A stretch of 64,000 bases of DNA from Bacilli bacterium. GTDB lineage: Bacteria > Bacillota_I > Bacilli_A > RF39 > UBA660. Below are positions 19,821-28,533 of this stretch, piece after piece. Both the position numbers and the translations under genes were made by a program. The notes beneath the pieces are model-generated. The model did no database searches, was not told the origin of the DNA, and was given only the letters and a program-made list of their open reading frames with translations. The stretch covers positions 192,117-256,116 of the forward strand of contig JBAMOY010000001.1 in assembly GCA_037071015.1 (NCBI GenBank). The letters are read 5' to 3'. The first letter of the stretch is position 1. Every line of letters begins with the position of its first letter.

Positions 19821-20393
19821 ATGAGTGAAGAGAAGAAGTCTGATTGTTTTATTAGGCGATTATATAAAGAGAATGATAGTATTGTTGTTGAAGATAGCAA
19901 TGGCGATGTCGTTATCGAAGAATATAGTGATGAAAGATATCTTCAGTTGAAGAAACAAATGATTGATAGTCTAAAATATTTTGATATCACTAGCTTAAAA
20001 GATGAAATTTTTGAAGGTAAATTACGAAGATTTATAATGATAATTATTGGCGTATTTGGTTTAACTCTTTCGCATTTTAATATTGTTATATTATTGGCTA
20101 CTACAGCATTAACTGCGGCCCATGAACTTTATTTACATGACACTATCAAAATAAAAAAAGCCTATGATAGTAGCAAATATTTGTTAAAATATGAAGAACT
20201 CTTTAATAACAAAATCAATAATAGTGATGAATTAAAAGCTTATGTTAATCATATAAATCAAAAATCAAATAGATCTTCAATTAATGATTGGCAGATAAAT
20301 GAATTACAAACCTTGCGTGAGAAGATACTTGAGGAAGCGGGTTTAGTGGAATCTCCTTCAAGACCTAAAATCTTTAAAAAAATAAAGAAGTAG
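19821..20393 (+). CDS. Hypothetical membrane protein (190 aa, central hydrophobic hairpin)
   Basis: A GGAG ribosome-binding site. Two adjacent hydrophobic helices (FIMIIIGVFGLTL / IVILLATTALTAA) flanked by charged soluble regions. Confidence 0.45.
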   Translation: MSEEKKSDCFIRRLYKENDSIVVEDSNGDVVIEEYSDERYLQLKKQMIDSLKYFDITSLKDEIFEGKLRRFIMIIIGVFGLTLSHFNIVILLATTALTAAHELYLHDTIKIKKAYDSSKYLLKYEELFNNKINNSDELKAYVNHINQKSNRSSINDWQINELQTLREKILEEAGLVESPSRPKIFKKIKK

Positions 20394-20410
20394 TTTACTT
20401 CTTTTATTTT
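20384..20410 (+). terminator. Rho-independent terminator after the membrane-protein gene
   Basis: AAAGAAGTA-gtt-TACTTCTTT, a 9-bp stem, followed by TATTTT. It overlaps the stop codon. Confidence 0.5.
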
Positions 20411-20452
20411 ACTTTTTTATATAAATTATGTATAATTGAAAAAGGTGAGAAC

Positions 20453-21760
20453 ATGTTAGAAAATTTAGGTGAAAGACTGCAAAATGTCATGGATAAAATC
20501 CGTGGATATGGTAAGATAACAGAAGAAAATATTAGTGATATGACTCGTGAAATAAGGTTAGCTTTATTAGAGGCTGATGTCAATTATAAAGTTGTTAAGG
20601 AATTTATAAATAATGTCAAAGAGAAGGCCTTAGGAGAGGAAGTACAAAAAAGTTTAAAACCGGGTGAGCTTTTTGTTAAAATTGTCAAAGATGAATTAGT
20701 TGCCTTACTAGGTGGTGAAAAAGCCGATTTAGTTGTCAAAAATGGCTTATGTGTTTTGATGTTAGTCGGTTTGCAAGGAAGTGGAAAAACAACAACAATT
20801 GCCAAAATTGCCAATTTATTAAGAAAAAAATATCATCGCAGACCGTTATTAGTAGCTTGTGATGTTTATCGACCTGCGGCAATTGATCAATTACAACAGT
20901 TAGGAAAACAATTAGGCATCGAAGTTTATGATGAAGGAAAGAATGATCCAGTAGAAGTGGCTAATAATGCTATTAAATATGCTAAAGAACATCAATATGA
21001 TTACATATTAATTGATACTGCTGGAAGATTACATATTGATGAAGAATTAATGAATGAATTAGAAAATATTAATCAGACTATCCATCCCGATGAAATATTA
21101 CTTGTTGTCGATAGTATGACTGGTCAGGATGCTATTAATGTTATTACGGGATTTAATGATAGACTTAACCTTACTGGCGCTATTTTAACAAAATTAGATG
21201 GTGATACTAGAGGTGGGGCAGCTTTATCGATTAGACATTTAACCAACGTTCCAATTAAATTTATTGGTGTGAGTGAAAAACTCGATGGTTTAGAAGAATT
21301 CCACCCTGAACGAATGGCAACGCGTATTTTAGGAATGGGCGATATTTTAACTATCATTGAAAAAGCTGAAACTGTTATTGACGAAGAAAGTGCTAAAGAG
21401 ACTGTTAAAAAAATGAATAGTGGTAAATTTGATTTGGAAGATTTTTTAGTACAATTTAAACAAATAAAAAAATTGGGGCCATTGGAAAATATTATTAAGA
21501 TGTTACCTGGTGCATCAAAATTAGGTCTAAAGAATATTCACATTGATCCTAAGGATATGGCTCATATTGAAGCTATTATTTTATCTATGACACCTTATGA
21601 ACGTCGTCACCCAGAAATATTAAAATCATCTAGAAAACAGAGAATTGCTAAAGGTAGTGGTCGAAGTGTTGAAGAAGTAAACCGTTTATTAAAACAATTT
21701 GATCAAATGAAAGTCATGATGAAACAGATGAAAAGTGGTAATTTTAAAATGCCCTTTTAA
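20453..21760 (+). CDS. ffh: Signal recognition particle protein Ffh
   Basis: NG domain (GLQGSGKTTT, DTAGR, TKLDGDTRGG) and the Met-rich M domain (MMKQMK). 435 aa. Confidence 0.95.
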   Translation: MLENLGERLQNVMDKIRGYGKITEENISDMTREIRLALLEADVNYKVVKEFINNVKEKALGEEVQKSLKPGELFVKIVKDELVALLGGEKADLVVKNGLCVLMLVGLQGSGKTTTIAKIANLLRKKYHRRPLLVACDVYRPAAIDQLQQLGKQLGIEVYDEGKNDPVEVANNAIKYAKEHQYDYILIDTAGRLHIDEELMNELENINQTIHPDEILLVVDSMTGQDAINVITGFNDRLNLTGAILTKLDGDTRGGAALSIRHLTNVPIKFIGVSEKLDGLEEFHPERMATRILGMGDILTIIEKAETVIDEESAKETVKKMNSGKFDLEDFLVQFKQIKKLGPLENIIKMLPGASKLGLKNIHIDPKDMAHIEAIILSMTPYERRHPEILKSSRKQRIAKGSGRSVEEVNRLLKQFDQMKVMMKQMKSGNFKMPF

Positions 21761-21812
21761 GATAAAATATACGAAATAAATAAAAATAACATATATTAAA
21801 CTAAAATCCTAT

Positions 21813-21839
21813 ACCAACATTTAAGTCTTACATAAGATA
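21813..21839 (+). promoter_or_regulatory. Sigma-K-type sporulation promoter candidate (AC-16 nt-CATAAGATA)
   Basis: It matches the Bacillus sigma-K consensus of AC, a 16-17 nt spacer, then CATAnnnTA. It lies about 22 nt upstream of the ATG of the CotD-like gene. Confidence 0.35.
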
Positions 21840-21861
21840 AAAATGTAAGGGGGAATAAACC

Positions 21862-22131
21862 ATGTTATTTGGTAGAAGATTTGGCTGTTGTAACAACATG
21901 ATGATGGATAATTGTTGTCCTCGTCAAAATGAATGTGAAAGGGAAGTTATCGAACCAACAATTAATAAATGTGTTGAAAGAGAATTCTGTCATGAAGTAC
22001 CACATGTTTGTCCAATTCATACTCATGTTATAAATCGCCATATTTATAAACATACTTATACACCACAATATACTTGTTCAGAAGAAAACCAAGTTGTAAA
22101 TGAAGATTGTGGAGGTTGTTGTGGTTTTTAA
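21862..22131 (+). CDS. CotD-like Cys/His-rich inner spore coat protein
   Basis: VPHVCPIHTHVINRHIYKHTYTP resembles the B. subtilis CotD core (VPHIHPQHTTNVNHQHFQHVHY.PHT). It has Cys clusters at both ends (CCNN..CCP; CGGCCGF). 89 aa. Confidence 0.5.
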   Translation: MLFGRRFGCCNNMMMDNCCPRQNECEREVIEPTINKCVEREFCHEVPHVCPIHTHVINRHIYKHTYTPQYTCSEENQVVNEDCGGCCGF

Positions 22132-22132
22132 A

Positions 22133-22158
22133 AAAAGATAATTTAATTATCTTTTTTT
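22133..22158. terminator. Bidirectional terminator between the CotD-like gene and the first M15 peptidase
   Basis: AAGATAAT-tta-ATTATCTT hairpin with a T7 run. The hairpin loop contains the stop codon of the minus-strand gene. Confidence 0.45.
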
Positions 22159-22835
22159 ATTTGACCGTATTTATCTAAATATTCTTCTAAAACTAAATCT
22201 TCGCTATAAATTGTTTTAGCTACATTAACACCAACATAACGATAATGCCAAGGTTCATATTTAAATCCTGTCTCTTGTGTCTTATTTTTAGGATAGCGCA
22301 TTATAAATCCATACAAATGCGCATTATTTTTCATCCACTCGAATTCATCGCTGTCTTCAAACTTATCATAATCATTATTGGATCCCATAACATCCACAGT
22401 TAATCCCGTTTGATGTTCAGAATGACCGGGTCTAGCACTACAACTATCAGCATAAGCTTGACCTTTTTCCTGGACATAATAGTTATATAGTTCAGCTTGA
22501 TAATCATAGTTACGATAAGTAGAAGTAGCAATAATTTTGTAGCCTAAAATACTAGCATCCCTACTTAAGTTTTCAAAAGCTAATGCTGCTTCTTCTCGCA
22601 GATATTTATCTTTAATCGCATATTTTTCATTTAAAAGTATTAATTCTTTCGGTATAAAATCTTTAGGTAATTGATTTTTTTTGTTGACTAATACGAGAAT
22701 ATCATTAGGGTTATCTATTATTTTAATATCTTTATAGGAATCATTGTTAAAGAAATTGATATCTTTAGTAAAGAAGACAACAATCAAGATAAACAAGACA
22801 ATATAAACGCATTTTTTGAAAGTTTCACTTGACAT
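22143..22835 (-). CDS. VanY-type D-alanyl-D-alanine carboxypeptidase (peptidase M15B), paralog 1
   Basis: SARPGHSEHQTGLTVDV (the zinc-ligand H-x-H region) and EPWHYRYVG. An N-terminal signal anchor. The start follows a GGGTGATAGT ribosome-binding site. Confidence 0.8.
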   Translation of the reverse strand: MSSETFKKCVYIVLFILIVVFFTKDINFFNNDSYKDIKIIDNPNDILVLVNKKNQLPKDFIPKELILLNEKYAIKDKYLREEAALAFENLSRDASILGYKIIATSTYRNYDYQAELYNYYVQEKGQAYADSCSARPGHSEHQTGLTVDVMGSNNDYDKFEDSDEFEWMKNNAHLYGFIMRYPKNKTQETGFKYEPWHYRYVGVNVAKTIYSEDLVLEEYLDKYGQIKKDN

Positions 22836-22896
22836 ACTATCACCCACTATATTATATGAATAATAAAATTTAATTTAACAAAAAACAGGTATAAGA

Positions 22897-24102
22897 TTAT
22901 ACCTGTTTTATAAAAAATTCATAGTATTCTTCATATGTTATATTTAGTTCTTTGATTTTCTTTGCGACTTCAGTTCCCACATAGCGATAATGCCAAGGTT
23001 CGTATATATAGCCAGTAATATTTTCTTTACCTTTAGGATATCTTAGGATAAAACCATATTCATGACAGTGTTCTTTTATCCAAGTAAATTCATTTGTTGA
23101 TTCAAACGTTCCAAGATCAGCTACAACGTTAGCTTTAGACATGACATCTATGGCTAATCCTGTTTGATGTTCAGAATATCCAGCTCGTGCTGAATAGGTA
23201 TCAGCTTCCGCTTGTCCATTTTGGTTAACATAACTTTGATATAACCCTAATTGAGTATTGTAGCTACGGTATGGTGATCTAATATATAATCCTAATCCTT
23301 CTTTACTAGCTGCATCAGCCATTTTAACAAAGGCTTCATAGGCTTCTTTTTGTAGTTGCTGAGCATACCCGTATTTAGTATCGATAGTAATTAAGTTATT
23401 TGGTATATAATTATTATCTAGTTTATAATATTTATTAACTAAAATTAAATTACCCTTGCTAGTATCTGCTTTTTGAACATTGGTATAGTATTCATAATCC
23501 AGATTACTATTAACGTTGGTTATAATTTCTCCATATGATAGGTTAGGATGTTTATTTTTATAGTTATTATATCTTTCGAGATTAGTATTTTTAAAATAGG
23601 GTTCTGCTACTAATTTATCCATTCCATCCGTATAGGTCATCGTTATGGTATCAATATCTTTGTTGACGATTGTTATGATATTGTCGATTTGTACTTCTTT
23701 ATTGTTTAAGTAATAGTTTATATACCGTTTTAAACGATTAACGTCAAAATCTTGATGGTTAATTATTTTATCAAAATTTTGATCGTAATCATTGTTGATA
23801 TTGTTATTTACTAATAAAATAATTGTACTATAAGAAACATTTGGATTGTTTTTATAATACTTTACATAATTATCTAAATTGTTTTGTTTAAAATTTTTAT
23901 CATTTAGTAATTGATCAATATTTTTAATGTAAACTTTATTTAATGTTTTTAAATTCTTTTTGGGTATGTTTTTTTTAATTGTTGTAATCTCTTTGATAGA
24001 GTAACCCGTTATTTTTAACTTTATTTCTTGGTTAAATATTACTAATAATATAGTGATTATTAGTGTAGTTAAAAGGGTATATATTATAATCTTTTTTTTC
24101 AT
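22897..24102 (-). CDS. VanY-type M15B carboxypeptidase, paralog 2, with an N-terminal repeat-domain extension
   Basis: SARAGYSEHQTGLAIDV and EPWHYRYVG at the C-terminus. The N-terminal roughly 200 aa contain repeated NxSYxxIIxxVN modules. Signal anchor. Confidence 0.8.
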   Translation of the reverse strand: MKKKIIIYTLLTTLIITILLVIFNQEIKLKITGYSIKEITTIKKNIPKKNLKTLNKVYIKNIDQLLNDKNFKQNNLDNYVKYYKNNPNVSYSTIILLVNNNINNDYDQNFDKIINHQDFDVNRLKRYINYYLNNKEVQIDNIITIVNKDIDTITMTYTDGMDKLVAEPYFKNTNLERYNNYKNKHPNLSYGEIITNVNSNLDYEYYTNVQKADTSKGNLILVNKYYKLDNNYIPNNLITIDTKYGYAQQLQKEAYEAFVKMADAASKEGLGLYIRSPYRSYNTQLGLYQSYVNQNGQAEADTYSARAGYSEHQTGLAIDVMSKANVVADLGTFESTNEFTWIKEHCHEYGFILRYPKGKENITGYIYEPWHYRYVGTEVAKKIKELNITYEEYYEFFIKQV

Positions 24103-24172
24103 CTTATCACTCCATTATAATTATAAAATTATTTGATGGTTAAAGCAAGTAAAAAAATAGACTTATTAAAGT

Positions 24173-25108
24173 CTATTTTAAATAGTATGCATAATATTCA
24201 TCATAAGTAATATCTAAATCATGGATTTCTTTAGCAATTTTTTTACCGACATAACGATAGTGCCAAGATTCATAATCATAACCAGTTATATAGGTTTTAT
24301 CTTTTGGATAGCGTAAAATGAATCCATACTTATAACTGTTTTTTTGTAACCACTTAAATTCATCAGTATTTTCAAAGTTATCCATCGTACTATTGTAAGT
24401 GACAATGTCTAAAGTAAGACCAGTTTGATGTTCAGAATAACCTGGTCTAGCTGAAACACTGTCAGCCCATTCTTGTCCTTTTTGATTAGCGTAACTCTTA
24501 TGAATTTGTTCTTGTTCTTCATAACTACGATAAGAAGAAGTGACAATAAGAGTTAAATTTTCTTTGCTAGCAGCATACCACATATCTTTAAATGCTTCAT
24601 ATACATGTTCGCGAGCTTTATTATCATAATAAGCATATTGTAAAGGAATATTAACTAAATCGTCTGGTTCGTAATCTTTATTTAAATAATTATATTTGTT
24701 GACTAAAATTAAATCTTTCTTACTCATATCAGTTGCTTTTGTTTTGGTGTAGTGTTCACGGTTGGTTCCAACATTTACAATACTGACGACATCTTTAATT
24801 GACTCTTCGCTATTATCTTTGAAGTATTTTAAATAATCAGTAAGATTATCAAAGATAAAATATTTTTGTTTGATAAAATCATCAATATTTTTGTTGTAAT
24901 CCATTTTCAATATGGTTTCAATTTGTTTGTTATCTAATTTTTTAATCCTTGTAATTTCTTCATCTTGATAACCGATTTTGCTGAGCTTATAGTCATAGCT
25001 ATTACGATAGTCGATAAATTTCTTTAATCCAATACCACCTACAACTATAATTAAAATAGCAACAATAACAACGACAATAGGAATAATTTTAATTCTTCTA
25101 TTTTTCAT
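24173..25108 (-). CDS. VanY-type M15B carboxypeptidase, paralog 3
   Basis: SARPGYSEHQTGLTLDI and ESWHYRYVG. I prefer the start at MKNRRIKII after a GGTGATAGT ribosome-binding site; the ORF track extends to 25201. Signal anchor. Confidence 0.8.
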   Translation of the reverse strand: MKNRRIKIIPIVVVIVAILIIVVGGIGLKKFIDYRNSYDYKLSKIGYQDEEITRIKKLDNKQIETILKMDYNKNIDDFIKQKYFIFDNLTDYLKYFKDNSEESIKDVVSIVNVGTNREHYTKTKATDMSKKDLILVNKYNYLNKDYEPDDLVNIPLQYAYYDNKAREHVYEAFKDMWYAASKENLTLIVTSSYRSYEEQEQIHKSYANQKGQEWADSVSARPGYSEHQTGLTLDIVTYNSTMDNFENTDEFKWLQKNSYKYGFILRYPKDKTYITGYDYESWHYRYVGKKIAKEIHDLDITYDEYYAYYLK

Positions 25109-25222
25109 ACTATCACCTAGAATAATTATACTATTATAATTGAGTGGTGTAAATAGTAAAAGGCAATAATAAATTTGTACATATTTTGACATCATTTTCA
25201 TAGATTTTAATAGAGGTGACTT

Positions 25223-26392
25223 ATGAAAAAAGTTTTAGTATCTATATTAATAGTTATTGTTTTAATGCCTTCTTTTGGGGTTCGGGCTTTAGAAAACGAT
25301 GACTTATCGTTAGGCAAATCAGCCAAATCAGTAGTTTTATTAGAAGCTAGTACAGGAGAAATAATTTATAAACGAAATGAAAACGAGAAATTACATCCTG
25401 CATCAATGACTAAAATGATGAGTATGCTACTTATCATGGAAGCAATTGAAAAGGGAAGTTTGAAATGGACTGATATGGTAACTGCCTCAGAAAACGCTTC
25501 TAGTATGGGTGGTAGTCAAATTTTACTTGAAACTGGCGAAAAAATGAGTGTTGACGATCTATTTAAGGGTATTGCTATTGCTAGTGGTAATGATGCCGTT
25601 GTTGCATTAGCTGAAAAAGTAGCCGGCACAGTGGATGCCTTTGTCAAGATGATGAATGATAAAGCTAAAGAGTTGGGACTTAAAAATACAAACTTTAAAA
25701 ACCCCCATGGATTAGATGCTACGGATCATTATTCTAGTGCCTATGACATGGCGATGATTGGTAGAGAACTAGTAAAACATGAAAAGGTGTTAGAATACAG
25801 TTCAATCTATGAATATTATCTTCGTGACGGGACCGATCGTAAAACTTGGTTAGTAAATACAAATAAATTAGTTAGGTTTTACGATGGCGTTGATGGTCTT
25901 AAAACAGGATATACTAAAGAAGCAGGTTATTGTTTAACTGCAACTGCTATGAAAAATGGTATGCGAATTATCGCAGTAGTTATGGGTGAACCAGATAGTA
26001 AAACCAGAAATAAAGAAGTTACAGAATTATTAGATTATGCTTATGCTCAATATGATTTAGACACCATTATTAGTACTAAAAAAGTGCTTGGCAAAAAAGC
26101 TGTTAATAAAGGAAAACAAAAGTATGCTGAGTTAGTTTTGACAGAAGATGCTACTAGTCTAGTGAAAAAGGGAGAAAAAAGTCAAGATGTTACATATGAA
26201 ATTAACACTTATAAATTAACCGCACCTATTAAAAAAGGTGATGTAGTAGGAACATTAACTTTAAAAAATAAAAATAAAGAAATTAAAACAATTGATATAA
26301 CCGTTAAAAATGATATTGATAAGGCTAACTTTTTAGATTTATATTTTAGTAATTTGAAAGACATCATTAGTGGTGAGCTTAATTTAAAATAG
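25223..26392 (+). CDS. dacA: D-alanyl-D-alanine carboxypeptidase (peptidase S11, PBP5/DacA-type)
   Basis: Signal peptide. The active-site SxxK is ASMTKMM, with an SGN motif and the KTGYT motif. A C-terminal beta-sandwich domain. 389 aa. Confidence 0.8.
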   Translation: MKKVLVSILIVIVLMPSFGVRALENDDLSLGKSAKSVVLLEASTGEIIYKRNENEKLHPASMTKMMSMLLIMEAIEKGSLKWTDMVTASENASSMGGSQILLETGEKMSVDDLFKGIAIASGNDAVVALAEKVAGTVDAFVKMMNDKAKELGLKNTNFKNPHGLDATDHYSSAYDMAMIGRELVKHEKVLEYSSIYEYYLRDGTDRKTWLVNTNKLVRFYDGVDGLKTGYTKEAGYCLTATAMKNGMRIIAVVMGEPDSKTRNKEVTELLDYAYAQYDLDTIISTKKVLGKKAVNKGKQKYAELVLTEDATSLVKKGEKSQDVTYEINTYKLTAPIKKGDVVGTLTLKNKNKEIKTIDITVKNDIDKANFLDLYFSNLKDIISGELNLK

Positions 26393-26460
26393 TAATTTAA
26401 TTACTATTTTTTTTGAAGGAATTTAACTTTAAAAGGATGTATGTTTTTTATAGAGAGGTG

Positions 26461-27699
26461 ATGAATTTGAAAAAAATAATTTTAGCGGTTATATTGCTGG
26501 TTATAGGAGGTGCAAAGGCTCAGGCGGCTAATATAACTGAAAATAAAATCAGTAATATATTTGCTAATCAGAATTATAACGGGCAAGAATTATCAGCTAG
26601 TTTTGGCTATATGTATGCCGATGATATTATTGCCTATTGTATCGATCCCGGAATTCCTTTAAAAGTTGGCTATTATGATAAGACGTTAGATTTCAATTAT
26701 AAACATATTGATCAAACTAAAAAAGAGAAACTTCAATTGATTGCCTATTATGGTTATCAATTTCCTGGGCATGATACTGATAAATATTATTTAGCAACTC
26801 AGTCATTAATCTGGGAAACGATTGGTTCAACTAATATCAGCTTTACAACGGAACGTCATCGTGGTGGACAGGCGATCAATATCGATGGGGAAAGAAAAGA
26901 AATTTTAGATAATGTTAATAAAGTTCTAACATTACCGTCTTTTGCTAATACGAAAGTTGAAGGATATTTAGGTGAATCAATTTCGCTTGATGATGTTAAT
27001 AATAATTATTTTAATTTTGGTTATACATCAAATAATAAAAATAGTTATAATTTCAACAATGGAAAATTTAATATTGTTTTAAAGGAATTGGGATCCGGAA
27101 GAATTAATATCATCAAAAAAATAAGTAGTAGTAAAGAAAGCGCCTTGTTCTATGCTGATGGTTATCAATCATTAGTTACTTTAGGAATTGATGTTACTAA
27201 AGAGGGCTATATAGATATTTTAGTTAACGATCCTAATCGTGTTAGGTTAAAAATTAATAATTACGATAAAAATGATAATAGCCCGCTTAAAAACAGTTAT
27301 TTTAAAATAAAAGATTTAAAGACAAACCGTTATTTATCTTATAAGAGTCAAGAAGTATTTATTACAGATGTTTCTGGTACTATTATTTATCCCGATTACA
27401 TCAATAGTGGTCAATATCAATTGGAACAAATTCAAGTTGATAATGATTATATTTTAAGTGATCAAAAGATTATTTTTGATGTTAATAAAAATACACCGAC
27501 TATAAATATTGATGGTGAGCAATATTTGAATATTGATTTTCATAACACTAAAAAGGTTATTGGTCAAAGTAATGATATAAAAAGTAATTTTGATAAAATG
27601 CCTCAAACATCAGATAGATATACCTTGTATAATATTTTATTATTTTTAATTTTGATTATAGGTATAAAATGTTATTGTTATGCAAAAAAGAGTAGTTAA
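26461..27699 (+). CDS. Thioester-domain (TQXA) surface protein with a class-B-type sortase sorting signal
   Basis: Signal peptide. A Cys in AYCIDPGIP and the Gln motif ATQSLIWE (TQxA[IV]W) typical of Gram-positive thioester adhesin domains. The C-terminal MPQTS motif is followed by a hydrophobic helix and a KK tail. The next gene is a sortase. Confidence 0.55.
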   Translation: MNLKKIILAVILLVIGGAKAQAANITENKISNIFANQNYNGQELSASFGYMYADDIIAYCIDPGIPLKVGYYDKTLDFNYKHIDQTKKEKLQLIAYYGYQFPGHDTDKYYLATQSLIWETIGSTNISFTTERHRGGQAINIDGERKEILDNVNKVLTLPSFANTKVEGYLGESISLDDVNNNYFNFGYTSNNKNSYNFNNGKFNIVLKELGSGRINIIKKISSSKESALFYADGYQSLVTLGIDVTKEGYIDILVNDPNRVRLKINNYDKNDNSPLKNSYFKIKDLKTNRYLSYKSQEVFITDVSGTIIYPDYINSGQYQLEQIQVDNDYILSDQKIIFDVNKNTPTINIDGEQYLNIDFHNTKKVIGQSNDIKSNFDKMPQTSDRYTLYNILLFLILIIGIKCYCYAKKSS

Positions 27700-28222
27700 A
27701 AATATTGGCGTCTTTCTTTTTTTAATATCATTTACTAGCTTAGTATTTATCCGAATATCACGACAATCTATATTAATCGAGGAACGTAAGATAATTAATA
27801 ATTTGAGTAAAAATAGTACAGCATTTAATCAAATTGATAATGACATTATAGGATATTTAGAAATTGAACGGCTCAATATTAAGAAGCTTATTAAAAATGG
27901 TGTTGGCAATGATATCCTAGACCAAAATATTATTGGAATGCTAGAAAGTGGTATTATTGGTGCTGATAATAATGATATCGTTTTGGCGGGGCATAATATA
28001 CAAGAAGTTTTTCAACACTTGCATCAAATAAAAATTGATGACATAGTAAAAATAACAACTAATGATAGTTGTTATCGTTATAGGGTCCGAAAAATTTTGA
28101 CTGTTAATGATACCGATGTACAATATTTATTAAATAAACATCAAAATCATTTAACTTTAATCACATGTACTAATATTTCTAATAAACGGTTACTAGTTAT
28201 ATGTGATTTAGTCGTTTTTTAA
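27680..28222 (+). CDS. Sortase (class-B-like transpeptidase)
   Basis: Catalytic His in LAGHN, an LTLITC Cys motif and a downstream Arg. 180 aa, overlapping the upstream substrate gene. Confidence 0.8.
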   Translation: MQKRVVKNIGVFLFLISFTSLVFIRISRQSILIEERKIINNLSKNSTAFNQIDNDIIGYLEIERLNIKKLIKNGVGNDILDQNIIGMLESGIIGADNNDIVLAGHNIQEVFQHLHQIKIDDIVKITTNDSCYRYRVRKILTVNDTDVQYLLNKHQNHLTLITCTNISNKRLLVICDLVVF

Positions 28223-28432
28223 ATTTTGTTGAAGTGTTTTTAAAATATTATTCTTTAAAACTTCATCACTGTTTGCCCATAAAATTTCAAAGAAGACCCC
28301 TAAACCTGGAAGAGTAATTTCTTCCTTTTCTTTTAGTGAATCGGCAATAGAATTTTTTATATCTTCAGTGGTGGCGCCTTGAAAATTGTTTATTATACTT
28401 TTTCTAATATCAATATTCATATAAGTAATCAT
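28208..28432 (-). CDS. Small hypothetical protein (74 aa)
   Basis: ORF convergent with the sortase gene. No recognisable motif. Confidence 0.25.
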   Translation of the reverse strand: MITYMNIDIRKSIINNFQGATTEDIKNSIADSLKEKEEITLPGLGVFFEILWANSDEVLKNNILKTLQQNLKND

Positions 28433-28533
28433 CCTTTCATATATATAATGTTAATATTTATGGATTTATATACAAAAACTATTTCTTTTATTTTAAAAAT
28501 CGTATATAATTAAATTAAAGATAGGAGGATTTT

